From NCBI GenBank assembly GCA_016931695.1, contig JAFGEI010000022.1, positions 397 through 64,396 of the forward strand: a stretch of DNA of 64,000 nucleotides, written 5' to 3'. Position numbers and translations under genes: made by a program. The notes beneath the pieces were generated by a model. That model saw nothing but the letters and a program-made list of their open reading frames with translations. It was not told the DNA's origin and searched no databases. Origin of the DNA: Anaerolineae bacterium. Lineage in GTDB: Bacteria > Chloroflexota > Anaerolineae > B4-G1 > DUEL01. Shown piece by piece: positions 30,801-40,045 of this stretch (position 1 is the stretch's first letter; each line of letters starts with the position of its first letter).

Positions 30801-31087
30801 AGGTCCATCCGTGGTCGGCCTACGTGGGGCCGGAGGAGAACGTGTGGTACGTGGCGACGGCCTGGGATGCCTACGGCAATGCGATGGCCAATCCCACCGT
30901 CACCTGGACGGTGACGCTATCGCGGGCGGGGGTCATCAACGCCGCCGGCGTCTTTACCGCCACCACCTGGGCTGGCATCTATCCCGACGCCGTGCAGGCG
31001 GAGACGCACAACCACGTCACCGATACCGCCAGCGTGCGCATCGTCTATCCCCGCACGCTCTACCTGCCGCTGGTGTTGCGCCAATGA
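27866..31087 (+). CDS. Secreted beta-propeller-like repeat protein with PKD-like domains and C-terminal YLPLV motif
   Basis: GTG start after AAGGAG; signal peptide; repeated P.VAY....YLVVWED....DIYGQ; WDLDDDGSWD and WDWDRDG PKD-like motifs; ends TLYLPLVLRQ. Confidence 0.8.
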   Translation: MVKKRLLGLVVLSAILASSILSSHGAAGDLPLSPAPQANGDVDPGGDILLSSSLYNDCDAAVAYNDNAQEFLVAWNHQGNIYGQRHDVRGVPLGENFAISVSGFYKMRPSVVYSLHADAYLVVWEDYHDGDDYDIYGQLVDANGEPLGGEIAIYPDAGNQQFPDVAFDGTNFFVVWQGPHQDDSVDIYGRFVEADGTVLPTIFPVADAGGDSRREPAVAYNGTEHEYLVIFQYGEQPNTEIHARRVDPAGVLLGDEYVVAIQEEARSPDVAAADWAAYVVVWSDRRVSGESWNIYGQVVLAGADSSFDGDNFAIAAATSIQWKPAIARAPSSGEFLVVWEDYCQEVSSGADIYGQRLQADANLDGVNFAVNEETADQLAAAVAASHGPDLYLVAWEQDTAYADSDLFGQRVSTGGLPLWYAFEISAEPGWQYSAVAAYNGQEEQYLTVWEEEDGSIYGRRLSYDGQPLEQPWAIETNGSHQNPTVVYNSFRNEYLAVWEDRDIDAIEGRKIHAAGEATTYIMIPDSDGAFDTTLAYDSVEHSYLVAWQSHSDIYGRALNDGGLPVGPLINICSEGSHQDDPQVTFDPNQQRFLVVWEDDRDGGAGDVYGRFVLPAGGLEGNEFCIAGCGDLTGREAPALDYNPDDGEYLVVYTYGDPGTDHDIYGQRLSGDGLLLGDETVIWSEADDVSQRDPQVAYVSSLNRYYVLWVDAQNSAQSGYDLYGRWLLADASPASLRLPNFVYAGDQLFPALAYDPDHELGLTVWTDYRRTVSDVYARVGTLDVEPPTPRFLRDPLVAPQGTTFTFNAWPSSDNLTPRSALIVRWDLDDDGSWDTPLSLDKVITATANLPGLHNIALAVQDLTGLSDTLSLPILVLAASGNTPPTATLTVDPLLGVAGTSFQFDASGSDDAETPGSLEVCWDWDRDGACDTAFSPTLQASRVFTQTGFHLVRAVVQDDEGLTDAADRGILVVPDEIAALEVHPWSAYVGPEENVWYVATAWDAYGNAMANPTVTWTVTLSRAGVINAAGVFTATTWAGIYPDAVQAETHNHVTDTASVRIVYPRTLYLPLVLRQ

Positions 31088-32853
31088 AAAAATCGACCCG
31101 CGGTATCAGCCGCCGCCAGTTCCTGGTCAGCGCCGGGGCAGCATTGGCCGGCGCCGCCATCGCCTGCGGGCAGGAGGAACAGCCGGGCGCCCCCACCGCC
31201 GCGCCCACCGGCGCCCAACCGGCCGCGACCAGCACTCTGACGCCGCTGCCGTCGATCACCCGCCCCATCACCGCCAACGACTTTACGCCGGAACAGCGCA
31301 ACGTCGTCGAAACCATCGTCGTGCTGGCCAACTTTGCCGGGCGGCCGGAGCGGGTCTTGGACCTGCGCCCGCACTGGCACAAGATCTTTGGCACAGAGGA
31401 CCCGCTGACCCAGCTCAACGGCTACTACCAGGTCAATTTCTACGGCCAGCTGGAGCTGCAGCCGGTCAGCACGCCCGAGGTGGGGGAGAAGGGCTATGTC
31501 GAGGTCGAGCTGCCGGGCCTGCCGCAGGATTACGCCTTTGGCTGGCTGATTGGGCTGGAGTCGGACGAGATCGATTCCGTCGATCCCGCCGCCGTGCGGC
31601 GGCTGATCCTGGAGGTGATGGCCCGCGTCTTGGAGCACGATCCTGCCCTCGGCTACCAGGATCGGTTCATCCTGATGGTGCTCAACGCCTCCGGTGCCGA
31701 GTACGGCCGCGGCGCGGCCGGCTTTTTGCCCACCACCGGGGTAGACCCGCTCTACGAACTGTTCGTCGGCGACCTTGCCGAAGGGGAGGCGGAGGCCTTT
31801 GCCGACGAAACCCATTTCCGCGTCGTCGACGGCGCCCGGGTCGTCGGCCTCATCGATTCCACTGGTTATACCTTCGACGACTATTTCCGCGACCGTCAGG
31901 CCCACGTCGCAGCGGACCAGTTCATCCGCGGCATGGCCTGCTTCAGCCGCGATGCGCCCCTGAGCTGCGCCAGCCACGACGTCCTCCACGGCCTGCGGCG
32001 CCAGTCAGCCTACGCCAACCCACCGGAAGGACGGGTAAGAGCCTTGAACTGCCTCTACAACCTGCCCCTGCAGAGCCTGTGGCTGGTGGGGACGCCCGAG
32101 CACGGCCCGTTCGACCGCAGCGTCAACTGCAGCCCCTACATCGGCTGGTGGGACCCGATGGGCGACCACCTGCACCCGACGATGCCGCGGGACTTTTTCT
32201 GCGGCCACCCGCACGGCATGTGCGCCTTCAGCAAGCTGCGAATGGGCCTGATCCCCGCCCGCTGCGTCGCCTCCGTCGACGCGGACGACGTGACCCTTCG
32301 CCTGGCGCCGTTGAGCGCGCCGACCCTCCCCGCGGCAGGCAGCGACGCCGAGGCGATCGTGGCCAGGGTCCCGCTGCTGCCCGGCAACGACACCGTCGCC
32401 CACATCTACCTGCTGCTGGAATACCGCTGCCGCTTTGGCGGGCCGGAGGGGCGCTATCCCGACAATTTCACCATCGACCCCGACGACGTCTTTGGCGACA
32501 AGATTTTTGACCCCGGCTACGACGCGGCAAACCCCGCCAACAGCCACTATGTCAACCCGCCGACAGTTTTCGTCCCCGACGAGGGGGTGCTGGTCTACCT
32601 GGTCAACGAGCGCATGCCCGAGCTGCCCGCGATCCCCTACAGCGAATGGTACAACTTTGTGCTGGCGCTGCTCAACCCGGCGGGCAACGAGCAGCGGGAG
32701 GACTTGAACCAGGCGGCGTTGGACGCCGGCGAATCGATCACGGTCGACTTTGCGAACCTCTACGCCGACCGGGGCCTGCCCATCCGCATCACCGTGGCGG
32801 TGACGGAGCGGACGGCGGCCTACGCCGCGGTGCGCATCACGCGCGAGCGGTAA
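31084..32853 (+). CDS. Tat-exported lipoprotein, M6 (InhA)-like metallopeptidase fold
   Basis: ATGA overlap with upstream stop; SRRQFL Tat motif, AIAC lipobox; IVVLANF, YYQVNFYGQL, HDVLH, P.GMCAFSK..MGLI, YLLLEYR, GVLVYLV. Confidence 0.65.
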   Translation: MKKSTRGISRRQFLVSAGAALAGAAIACGQEEQPGAPTAAPTGAQPAATSTLTPLPSITRPITANDFTPEQRNVVETIVVLANFAGRPERVLDLRPHWHKIFGTEDPLTQLNGYYQVNFYGQLELQPVSTPEVGEKGYVEVELPGLPQDYAFGWLIGLESDEIDSVDPAAVRRLILEVMARVLEHDPALGYQDRFILMVLNASGAEYGRGAAGFLPTTGVDPLYELFVGDLAEGEAEAFADETHFRVVDGARVVGLIDSTGYTFDDYFRDRQAHVAADQFIRGMACFSRDAPLSCASHDVLHGLRRQSAYANPPEGRVRALNCLYNLPLQSLWLVGTPEHGPFDRSVNCSPYIGWWDPMGDHLHPTMPRDFFCGHPHGMCAFSKLRMGLIPARCVASVDADDVTLRLAPLSAPTLPAAGSDAEAIVARVPLLPGNDTVAHIYLLLEYRCRFGGPEGRYPDNFTIDPDDVFGDKIFDPGYDAANPANSHYVNPPTVFVPDEGVLVYLVNERMPELPAIPYSEWYNFVLALLNPAGNEQREDLNQAALDAGESITVDFANLYADRGLPIRITVAVTERTAAYAAVRITRER

Positions 32854-32881
32854 AGCGGCCCGGCGGCCACAGCCGCGCTAA

Positions 32882-32912
32882 AGATGGGCCGGAGTTAAAC
32901 TCCGGCCCATCT
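32882..32912. repeat. Perfect palindrome between convergent genes (possible terminator or REP)
   Basis: 15-bp IR agatgggccggagtt / aactccggcccatct; no U tract. Confidence 0.6.
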
Positions 32913-32937
32913 CCTGCGCCCCGCTTCCCGCGTCGCG

Positions 32938-34182
32938 CTACTCGTACCGCAGGGCGTCGATGGGGTTCAGCCGCGAGGCCCGCCAGGCGGGATACAGGCC
33001 CGAGACGAGACCGACGACGGCCGAGACCGTCGTCGCCAGGAAAACCGCCTGCAGCGTGACCACCGAGCGGAACCCCTCGATGAGGGAGCTGACGATTTGG
33101 GCCCCGACCCCACCAATCGCAATGCCCATCAGCCCCCCCACCACGCCCATCAGCGTGGCCTCGATGAGAAACTGCCATAGAACGTCCCGCCGCCGCGCGC
33201 CCACCGCCTTGCGCAAGCCGATCTCGCGCGTCCGCTCCGTCACCGAGACCAGCATAATGTTCATGATGCCGATCCCCCCCACCAGCAGGCTGATGCCGGC
33301 GATCGCCCCCAGAAACGTGGTCAGTACGCCGGTGATCTGGCCAAAGGTCTGCAGCAGGTCGGACTGGCTGAGCACGGTAAAATCGTCCTCGTCCTTAAAA
33401 TCGATGTTGTGCAGTTCGCGCAGCACAGCGCGGATCTGCTCCGCAGCTACGTCCATGCGCTCCTCGCTCGACGCTTCGGCCAGGATGTAGGAGACGCGGT
33501 ACTCGCCGCTGGAGGTGCGGGCGGAAAAGAGACGCACCTGGGCCGTCGTCAGCGGTACAAAGACCGTATTGTCCTGGTCGCCAAAGGTCCCCCCTTTCTC
33601 CTCCATCACCCCAATGACGCGAAAGGGCACGTTGTTGATGCGAATCGTCTCGCCGATGGGATAGGGGTTGTCGGGAAAGAGGTTGTCCACCACCGTCTGG
33701 CCCAACACCGCCACGCGCGACCGGCCCTCCAGGTCCTGGGAAGAGATAAACTCGCCCACCACGGGGTACCACTTGCGGACCAGCGGATACTCGGGCGTGA
33801 CGCCCTGCACCTGGCTGGTCGACTGCCGCCCGCCGGCCACCAGCGTGGCGACGCTGTCGAGCTGCGGGGCCAGGCGAGCCACGTCGGGCAAGAGAAAGGG
33901 GTCGGACAGCGCCTCCACGTCGCGCATGGTCATCGGCTGCGGAGCACGATGGCTGCTGGGCGGCCCCGCCTGCTGCTCAAAGGTGCCGGGGATGATAAAG
34001 AGCAGGTTGGTCCCAATCCCCTGGAACTGCTCGGTGATGTAAACCTGGACGCCTTCTCCGGCCGACATCAGGGTGATCACCGCTGCCACGCCGATGATGA
34101 TACCCAGCATGGTCAGGATCGAGCGCAGCTTGTTCGCCGTCAGTGCTCGCAGGGCGATGCGGATGCTTTCGAAAATGTTCAT
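32938..34182 (-). CDS. MacB/FtsX-family ABC transporter permease
   Basis: LRSILTMLGIIIGV, GGIGIMNIMLVSVTERTREIGLRKAVGA, PIDALRYE. Confidence 0.92.
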   Translation of the reverse strand: MNIFESIRIALRALTANKLRSILTMLGIIIGVAAVITLMSAGEGVQVYITEQFQGIGTNLLFIIPGTFEQQAGPPSSHRAPQPMTMRDVEALSDPFLLPDVARLAPQLDSVATLVAGGRQSTSQVQGVTPEYPLVRKWYPVVGEFISSQDLEGRSRVAVLGQTVVDNLFPDNPYPIGETIRINNVPFRVIGVMEEKGGTFGDQDNTVFVPLTTAQVRLFSARTSSGEYRVSYILAEASSEERMDVAAEQIRAVLRELHNIDFKDEDDFTVLSQSDLLQTFGQITGVLTTFLGAIAGISLLVGGIGIMNIMLVSVTERTREIGLRKAVGARRRDVLWQFLIEATLMGVVGGLMGIAIGGVGAQIVSSLIEGFRSVVTLQAVFLATTVSAVVGLVSGLYPAWRASRLNPIDALRYE

Positions 34183-34916
34183 CGCGCGCCCTCCCCAGCC
34201 TCTTCAACCACGGACAGCAGGGGGTCCTCGACGTGCTCCTCGCGCAGAATCTGGCCGTCGTAGAGATGGAGGATGCGGGAGGTATGCTGGCCGATCTGCG
34301 GATCGTGGGTGACCAGCACCACGGTGATGCCCTGCTCCCGGTTGAGCCGCTGGATGATCGACATCACCTCGCGGCCGGAACGGCTGTCCAGGTTGCCGGT
34401 CGGTTCGTCGGCGAGGATGATCGAGGGTCGGTTGACCAGCGCCCGGGCGATGGCGACCCGCTGCTGCTGGCCGCCGGACAGTTCGTTGGGCGTGTGATGC
34501 AACCGGTCCCCCAGGCCGACCAACTCCAGCGCTTCCTGCGCCCGGCGCAGCCGCTCGGCGCGGCTCGCCCCGGCATAGACCAGGGGCAGGGCGACGTTGT
34601 CCAGCGCCGTCGTGCGCGCCAGCAGGTTAAAGGTCTGAAAGATGAACCCGATGCGCCGGTTGCGGATATCGGCCAACTGGTCGTCGTCCAGTTGCCCCAC
34701 CTCCTCGCCGCGCAGCCAATAGTCGCCGGCGGTCGGCTGGTCGAGGCAGCCGATGACGTTCATCAACGTCGACTTGCCCGATCCAGACGGCCCCATGATC
34801 GCCAGGATTTCGCCCGGCCGGACCGAGAGCGACACGCCGCGCAGGGCGTGGACCTGCACCTCGCCCATCTGGTAGACCTTGGTGATATTCTCGATTTGGA
34901 TGACTGCCTGCTCCAT
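34179..34916 (-). CDS. ABC transporter ATP-binding protein (MacB/LolD-like)
   Basis: [29 protein letters not shown]. Confidence 0.95.
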   Translation of the reverse strand: MEQAVIQIENITKVYQMGEVQVHALRGVSLSVRPGEILAIMGPSGSGKSTLMNVIGCLDQPTAGDYWLRGEEVGQLDDDQLADIRNRRIGFIFQTFNLLARTTALDNVALPLVYAGASRAERLRRAQEALELVGLGDRLHHTPNELSGGQQQRVAIARALVNRPSIILADEPTGNLDSRSGREVMSIIQRLNREQGITVVLVTHDPQIGQHTSRILHLYDGQILREEHVEDPLLSVVEEAGEGAR

Positions 34917-34925
34917 TGGCCGTCC

Positions 34926-36317
34926 CTACTGCCCGGTGAAAAAGGTGTTCTGTTCCTGCACCAGCACCACCTCGTCGCCCGCCTGCAGGCCAGCCAGCAC
35001 CTGGCTGTACCCCTCGTGGCGGACGCCCAACTGGACGTCGGCCCGCTCCAGCCCGTTGGAGGTCTGGCGGTAGACGTAGGTCTGCCCGGTCGACTGGTCG
35101 ATGCGGACCACCCAGTTGGGGATGAGGAGTTGACCGACCAGTTCGTCCACCATGATCACGGCGGTGGCGGACATGCCCGGCCGCAGGGCGGCGTCGCTGG
35201 GGTCAAGGGTGACGACGACGGAATACGAAATCGCCCCCTGCTCAAAAGTCGCCGCGGGGCTGATGCGACCGACGGTGCCCGTCAGCAAGACATCCGGCAG
35301 GGCGTCGACCGAGAGCTCGACCGGCAGGCCCTCCGATAACTGGGCCACGTCGATCTCGTCGACGCTGACGGTGATGCGAAAGGCGGTGACGTCGACCAGG
35401 CGGAATGCCGGCAGGCCGGTCGGGGCAATCTCCCCGGCGGCGACGTTGACGGTCGCAATGACGCCGTCAAAGGGGGCGACGAGCGCCGCCTTTTCCAACT
35501 CGCCCTGCGCCCGTTCCAGGGCCAGGCGGGCCGCTTCGACGTCGAGCTGGGCGGCCTCGAGATCCGCCGCGCTGACCCCCTCCCGCAGCCGGGCCAGGTT
35601 GTCCTGCGCCTGCTGCCAGGCGTGGTAGACGCGCGTGACCTCGCTGTTTGCCGTGGCCAGCTGCAGGTCGGCGCCCTCCACGGCGCGGTTGTAGGCGCCC
35701 AGGGCGTTCAGGTAAGCGTCGTGGGCCGCGTCGACCATCGATTGGTTGACGTACTGGGCCCCCTCGTCGAGCCGGGCCTGGAGATCCTGATAGACCCGGT
35801 AGGCTTCATCCCGGGCGTAGCGGGCCGCGCGCACCGCGTCGCCCACCGACACGCTGTTTTCGGTGATTTCCAGGTTGCGCTGTGCCAGTTGGTAGGCAAT
35901 GGCGGCATCGGTCACGGCCGCTTCGGCCGCCTCGACGTCCGCCTCGTCCACTGGCTCTTGCAACCGCTCCAGGCGCAGTTCCGCCTGGCGGAGCGTCAAC
36001 TCTGCCTGGGTCACCGCGCGCTCCAGGTCCGTCGCCCGCAACGTCGCCAGGACGTCCCCGGCGCGGACCGGGTCGCCCATCTCGACGTTGACCGCGGTGA
36101 TGCGACCGGGCAGGTCAAAGCTCAAGTCGATCTCCTGCCACGGCTCGATCCGGCCGCTGCCCGTCACCGTCACCCGCAGCGTGCCCTGCTGGACAGTCGC
36201 GGTGCGAACGTCCTCCATCTCTCCACGCGCCTCAAGCCGCCGCCACAATAAAAAACCGCCGATGGTCACGATCACAACCACGACGGTCAGGACGATCCAC
36301 TTACGATTCCGTTTCAT
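34926..36317 (-). CDS. Efflux periplasmic adaptor (MacA/HlyD-like MFP)
   Basis: Start moved to ATG 36317. N-terminal TM, G..V.AGDVLA lipoyl half, long coiled coil, LVAPFDGVI, LRPGMSA. Confidence 0.88.
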   Translation of the reverse strand: MKRNRKWIVLTVVVVIVTIGGFLLWRRLEARGEMEDVRTATVQQGTLRVTVTGSGRIEPWQEIDLSFDLPGRITAVNVEMGDPVRAGDVLATLRATDLERAVTQAELTLRQAELRLERLQEPVDEADVEAAEAAVTDAAIAYQLAQRNLEITENSVSVGDAVRAARYARDEAYRVYQDLQARLDEGAQYVNQSMVDAAHDAYLNALGAYNRAVEGADLQLATANSEVTRVYHAWQQAQDNLARLREGVSAADLEAAQLDVEAARLALERAQGELEKAALVAPFDGVIATVNVAAGEIAPTGLPAFRLVDVTAFRITVSVDEIDVAQLSEGLPVELSVDALPDVLLTGTVGRISPAATFEQGAISYSVVVTLDPSDAALRPGMSATAVIMVDELVGQLLIPNWVVRIDQSTGQTYVYRQTSNGLERADVQLGVRHEGYSQVLAGLQAGDEVVLVQEQNTFFTGQ

Positions 36318-36603
36318 CCATCTCCTCCACTGCCATCTTGTTGTCAAGAATCGAGCTGTCCGTCAGCAGGCGGGCGACGTCCGCCCACTGGGCCAGCATC
36401 TCGCCCAGGATGCTGGCCGGGATAAAGATCAGCCACCCCCCGGGGCCACTGACGGCCAGCAGCTTCTCCCCGACCTCAATCCCCAGGTCACGCCGGGCCT
36501 CGGCCGGGACGACGATCTGGCCCCGGTCGCTGACCGTGACCGCGCCGTAGAAGCGGACCCTCTTTCGTTCCTCGTCACAACCGTTGTCTTGTTTTTCTTG
36601 CAT
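36301..36603 (-). CDS. AbrB/MazE/SpoVT family DNA-binding protein
   Basis: FYGAVTVSDRGQIVVPAEARRDLGIEVGEKL; start ATG 36603. Confidence 0.85.
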   Translation of the reverse strand: MQEKQDNGCDEERKRVRFYGAVTVSDRGQIVVPAEARRDLGIEVGEKLLAVSGPGGWLIFIPASILGEMLAQWADVARLLTDSSILDNKMAVEEMDETES

Positions 36604-36612
36604 GTAAGGGGA

Positions 36613-36641
36613 ATTATACCACATACGTACTTTGCTGTCAA
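36613..36641 (-). promoter_or_regulatory. Consensus sigma70 promoter for the AbrB-MFP-ABC operon
   Basis: Minus strand TTGACA-17 nt-TATAAT with TG extension. Confidence 0.8.
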
Positions 36642-36664
36642 CCCCACAGGGTCGAGCATTGCTC

Positions 36665-36693
36665 TTGACAAACAACAACAAGTAAGGTATAAT
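36665..36693 (+). promoter_or_regulatory. Consensus sigma70 promoter for Fur/PerR
   Basis: TTGACA-17 nt-TATAAT. Confidence 0.8.
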
Positions 36694-36728
36694 TTCTTGT
36701 AAGGAAAGGCTATTGATTGGCGATCTTT

Positions 36729-37187
36729 ATGAGCAACAAGCACAACCGACTGGAAGAACTGGTGGCCCGGCTACGAGAACGGGGCTGCCGCCTGACGCCG
36801 CAGCGCATGGCGGTGCTCAAAATCCTGACCGCAGGAAACTGCCACCCCAGCGTCCAGGAAATCTATTGCCAGGTTCGAGACGAGTTTCCTATGATGAGCC
36901 TGGCGACCGTCTATAGCACGCTGGCATTGCTGAAAGAGATGGGCGAGGTGCAAGAGCTGTCCTGGGATGGGTGCAGACGCTACGATGCCGCCAGCTCGTC
37001 GCCCCACCCCCACCTGATATGCCTGCAGTGCGGCGAGATTGTCGACCTGGAAAGCGACCTGCTGGGCAACGTCGCGGATGAAATCGCCCGCCGGACGGGC
37101 TACCAGATCGTCAGTCACCGTTTTGAATTTTTCGCCATCTGTCCCCGCTGCCAGGAAGCAGCGTGCGCTGCCTCAGTCGGGGGATAA
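36729..37187 (+). CDS. Fur/PerR family transcriptional regulator
   Basis: RLTPQR, HPS, SLATVY, HPHLICLQCG, CPRC. Confidence 0.9.
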   Translation: MSNKHNRLEELVARLRERGCRLTPQRMAVLKILTAGNCHPSVQEIYCQVRDEFPMMSLATVYSTLALLKEMGEVQELSWDGCRRYDAASSSPHPHLICLQCGEIVDLESDLLGNVADEIARRTGYQIVSHRFEFFAICPRCQEAACAASVGG

Positions 37188-37278
37188 GGTAACGAGCCGG
37201 TCAACCCTGGAGCGAACAACCAGAACAGGGATTCCGCAATAGTTTCCAAGACAAAACCCATTATCTCAGGAGGAAAAA

Positions 37279-37773
37279 ATGCTTAGTGAAAAGATGCTCG
37301 ACGCGTTGAACGAACAGGTAAAGCACGAACTCGACTCGGCCTACATCTATCTCTCCATGTCGGCCTACTGCGAGGCGCAGAACCTGCCGGGGTTTGCGCA
37401 CTGGATGCTCCTGCAGGCCCAGGAGGAACAGGAGCACGCGATGCGCTTTTTCCGCTTTATCAACGAGCGGGGAGGCCGCGTGATCCTGCAGGCGCTCGAA
37501 CAGCCGCCTAGCGAGTTCGAGTCGCCGACCGACGTCTTTGCCAAGACCCTCGAGCACGAGCAGTTCATCACCGGGCGGATCAACCATCTCTACGCCCTGG
37601 CCCTCGAGGAGCAGGATTTCGCCAGCCAGACCTTTTTGCACTGGTTCATCGACGAGCAGGTAGAAGAAGAGGCAACGGCAGCCGAGATCCTGGACACGCT
37701 CAAGATGGTTGGGGGACATCCACATTCCGTGCTCATGCTGGACCGGCAGCTGGCCCAGCGCAGCGAGGAGTAA
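37279..37773 (+). CDS. ftnA: Non-heme ferritin
   Basis: [38 protein letters not shown]. Confidence 0.9.
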   Translation: MLSEKMLDALNEQVKHELDSAYIYLSMSAYCEAQNLPGFAHWMLLQAQEEQEHAMRFFRFINERGGRVILQALEQPPSEFESPTDVFAKTLEHEQFITGRINHLYALALEEQDFASQTFLHWFIDEQVEEEATAAEILDTLKMVGGHPHSVLMLDRQLAQRSEE

Positions 37774-37853
37774 GGGACAAATCGCCGCAAACGAGGCGCC
37801 GGGTGCTTGTCGCATCCGGCGCTCACTTTTACGGAACGGGCGGTTCTGCCCGC

Positions 37854-38087
37854 TCAGCTCTTGCTGCTGCAACCGGCGCACGAGCTGGCGGAACAGGAGC
37901 TGCAAGAAGAGCCGGAACCGGCAATCACTCCCCGCCCGCTGCTGACGGCCGAAAAGAGCGAGAGGGCGCGGCGGGTATTGGCGCTTCCGCACGCCGCACA
38001 GTCGATGGGCGCGTCGGCCTCCGCCATCGCCCGCCGCCTGGAAAAGCGCTGGTGACAATCCTGGCAGCAGTACTCGTATATGGGCAT
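37854..38087 (-). CDS. FmdB-family zinc ribbon protein
   Basis: MPIYEYCCQDC..CAACGS, Cys/Ser-rich tail. Confidence 0.85.
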   Translation of the reverse strand: MPIYEYCCQDCHQRFSRRRAMAEADAPIDCAACGSANTRRALSLFSAVSSGRGVIAGSGSSCSSCSASSCAGCSSKS

Positions 38088-38171
38088 CGCCTGCCCATTT
38101 TACTCCTTTTCATGACCTGGGTCAAGGGAACACTTGCCCAAACAGCCACTTGCTGCTATCATTCCCCCATC

Positions 38172-38993
38172 ATGTCCAATGCACAACCTTTGCTCCTGAT
38201 CACCAATGACGACGGGATCGATTCCCCCGGCCTCTGGGCTGCCGCCCAGGCAGTAACGGGCCTGGGAGAGATCATCGTCGCCGCCCCCTGCCAGCAGTGG
38301 TCCGGCGCCAGCCGTTGTTTCTCCAGCCAGGTCAGCGGCATCGTCACCCCCCGGGCCATCGAGATCGCGGGCCAGGCGGTCGAGGCGTTCTGCGTCGACG
38401 CCGCCCCTGCCCAGGTCGTCCTGCACGCCCTGCTCGAACTGGTCCCGCGCCGGCCGGACCTGCTGATCGTGGGCATCAACTATGGCGAGAACCTGGGCGC
38501 CGACGCGACCATCTCGGGCACGGTGGGCGCGGCCTTGCAGGGGGCGACGGCGGGCATTCCCGCCATTGCCGTCTCCTTGCAGACGCCCAAAGAAATGCAC
38601 GTCAATCCCAGCAACGACGTCGATTTCACCGCGGCGATGCACTTTACCCACCTCTTTGCCCGGCGCCTGCTGCACGCTGCCCTCCCCTTTGACGCCGACG
38701 CGCTCAAGATCGACGTCCCCCAAGACGCGACCCCCTCGACCCCCTGGCGCCTGGCGCGGGTTTCCCGCCGCACCTACTTTCACGCCGTGCCGCCGCTGCG
38801 GGACGACCTGTCGCAGCCATCTCCGATCGACTATGCGCCGCGCTGGGAACTGCAAGCACTGGAACGAGATTCCGACATCTATGCCCTGGCGGTGGAGCGC
38901 ATCGTGTCGGTGGCGCCGCTGAGCGTCGATCTCACCTCCCGCGCCGACCCCGGACAGGTCGAGGCACTGCTGTGCGGCCCGCTGGACTTTTGA
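38172..38993 (+). CDS. surE: 5'/3'-nucleotidase SurE
   Basis: LLITNDDGIDSPG, GINYGENLG, SGTVGAA. Confidence 0.92.
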   Translation: MSNAQPLLLITNDDGIDSPGLWAAAQAVTGLGEIIVAAPCQQWSGASRCFSSQVSGIVTPRAIEIAGQAVEAFCVDAAPAQVVLHALLELVPRRPDLLIVGINYGENLGADATISGTVGAALQGATAGIPAIAVSLQTPKEMHVNPSNDVDFTAAMHFTHLFARRLLHAALPFDADALKIDVPQDATPSTPWRLARVSRRTYFHAVPPLRDDLSQPSPIDYAPRWELQALERDSDIYALAVERIVSVAPLSVDLTSRADPGQVEALLCGPLDF

Positions 38994-39037
38994 CCGCGGC
39001 AGCCGGCGTGTTATAATGCGCGGGGAAAGGCGAGGAT

Positions 39038-40045
39038 ATGGACAAATCCGAGACCCAAATTGACCTGTCGATCGTGATCCCTGTTTACAACGAGGCCGGC
39101 AACCTCGCCGCGCTGCACGACGAATTGACCGCCGTGCTGCGTGGGCTGGGCCGCCCGTACGAGATCGTCGCCGTCGACGACGGCAGCACCGACGACAGCC
39201 TGCAGGTGCTGCGCCAGCTGCAGCAAGAAAATCCCCGCCTGCGGGTCATCACCTTCCGCCGCAACTTTGGGCAAACGGCGGCCTTTGCCGCCGGATTCGA
39301 CTACGCCCGCGGGGAGGTGATCGTCACCATCGACGCCGACGGCCAGAACGATCCCGCCGACATCCCCCGCTTGCTGCAAGTCATGGCTGAGGGCAGGTAC
39401 GACATCGTCAGCGGCTGGCGCCAGGCGCGCAAGGAACCCTTCATCACCCGCCGCCTGCCGTCGATGGCGGCCAACCGGCTCATCTCGCGCTCCACCGGCG
39501 TCAGCCTGCACGACTATGGCTGTTCCCTCAAAGCCTACCGGTCCGAAGTGGTCAAAAACGTCCATCTCTATGGCGAATTACACCGCTTCATCCCTGCCCT
39601 GGCGGGATGGATGGGCGTGCGCGTGACCGAGATCCCGGTCAGCGACCGCCCGCGGGCTTATGGGCGGTCCAAGTACGACCTCTCGCGCACGGTGCGCGTG
39701 CTGCTCGACCTGTTCACAGTCAGCTACCTGCTCAGCTTTTCCTCGCGACCGATGCAGCTCTTTGGCCTCATCGGCCTCACCCTGGGCGGCAGCGGCGGCC
39801 TGATCGGCCTCTACCTAGCCGGCGCCAAGATCGCCCGCGGAATCCTGGAGGGCGCGGAGGGGTTCCGCGCCTATCGCATCGGCACCAGCCCCTGGCTGAT
39901 GCTCGCCGTGCTGTTCATCGTGCTGGGGGTCCAATTTGTGGCCATGGGCCTGTTGGGAGAGGTCATGACCCGCACCTACCACGAGGCGCAGGGCAAGCCG
40001 ATCTATGCCATCCGCGAGATCATCGAGTCCAAGGAGGTTGAATGA
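39038..40045 (+). CDS. GT2 glycosyltransferase (ArnC/GtrB-like, C-terminal TMs)
   Basis: SIVIPVYNE, VDDGSTD, RNFGQTAA, IDADGQNDP; upstream TGTTATAAT extended -10. Confidence 0.9.
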   Translation: MDKSETQIDLSIVIPVYNEAGNLAALHDELTAVLRGLGRPYEIVAVDDGSTDDSLQVLRQLQQENPRLRVITFRRNFGQTAAFAAGFDYARGEVIVTIDADGQNDPADIPRLLQVMAEGRYDIVSGWRQARKEPFITRRLPSMAANRLISRSTGVSLHDYGCSLKAYRSEVVKNVHLYGELHRFIPALAGWMGVRVTEIPVSDRPRAYGRSKYDLSRTVRVLLDLFTVSYLLSFSSRPMQLFGLIGLTLGGSGGLIGLYLAGAKIARGILEGAEGFRAYRIGTSPWLMLAVLFIVLGVQFVAMGLLGEVMTRTYHEAQGKPIYAIREIIESKEVE

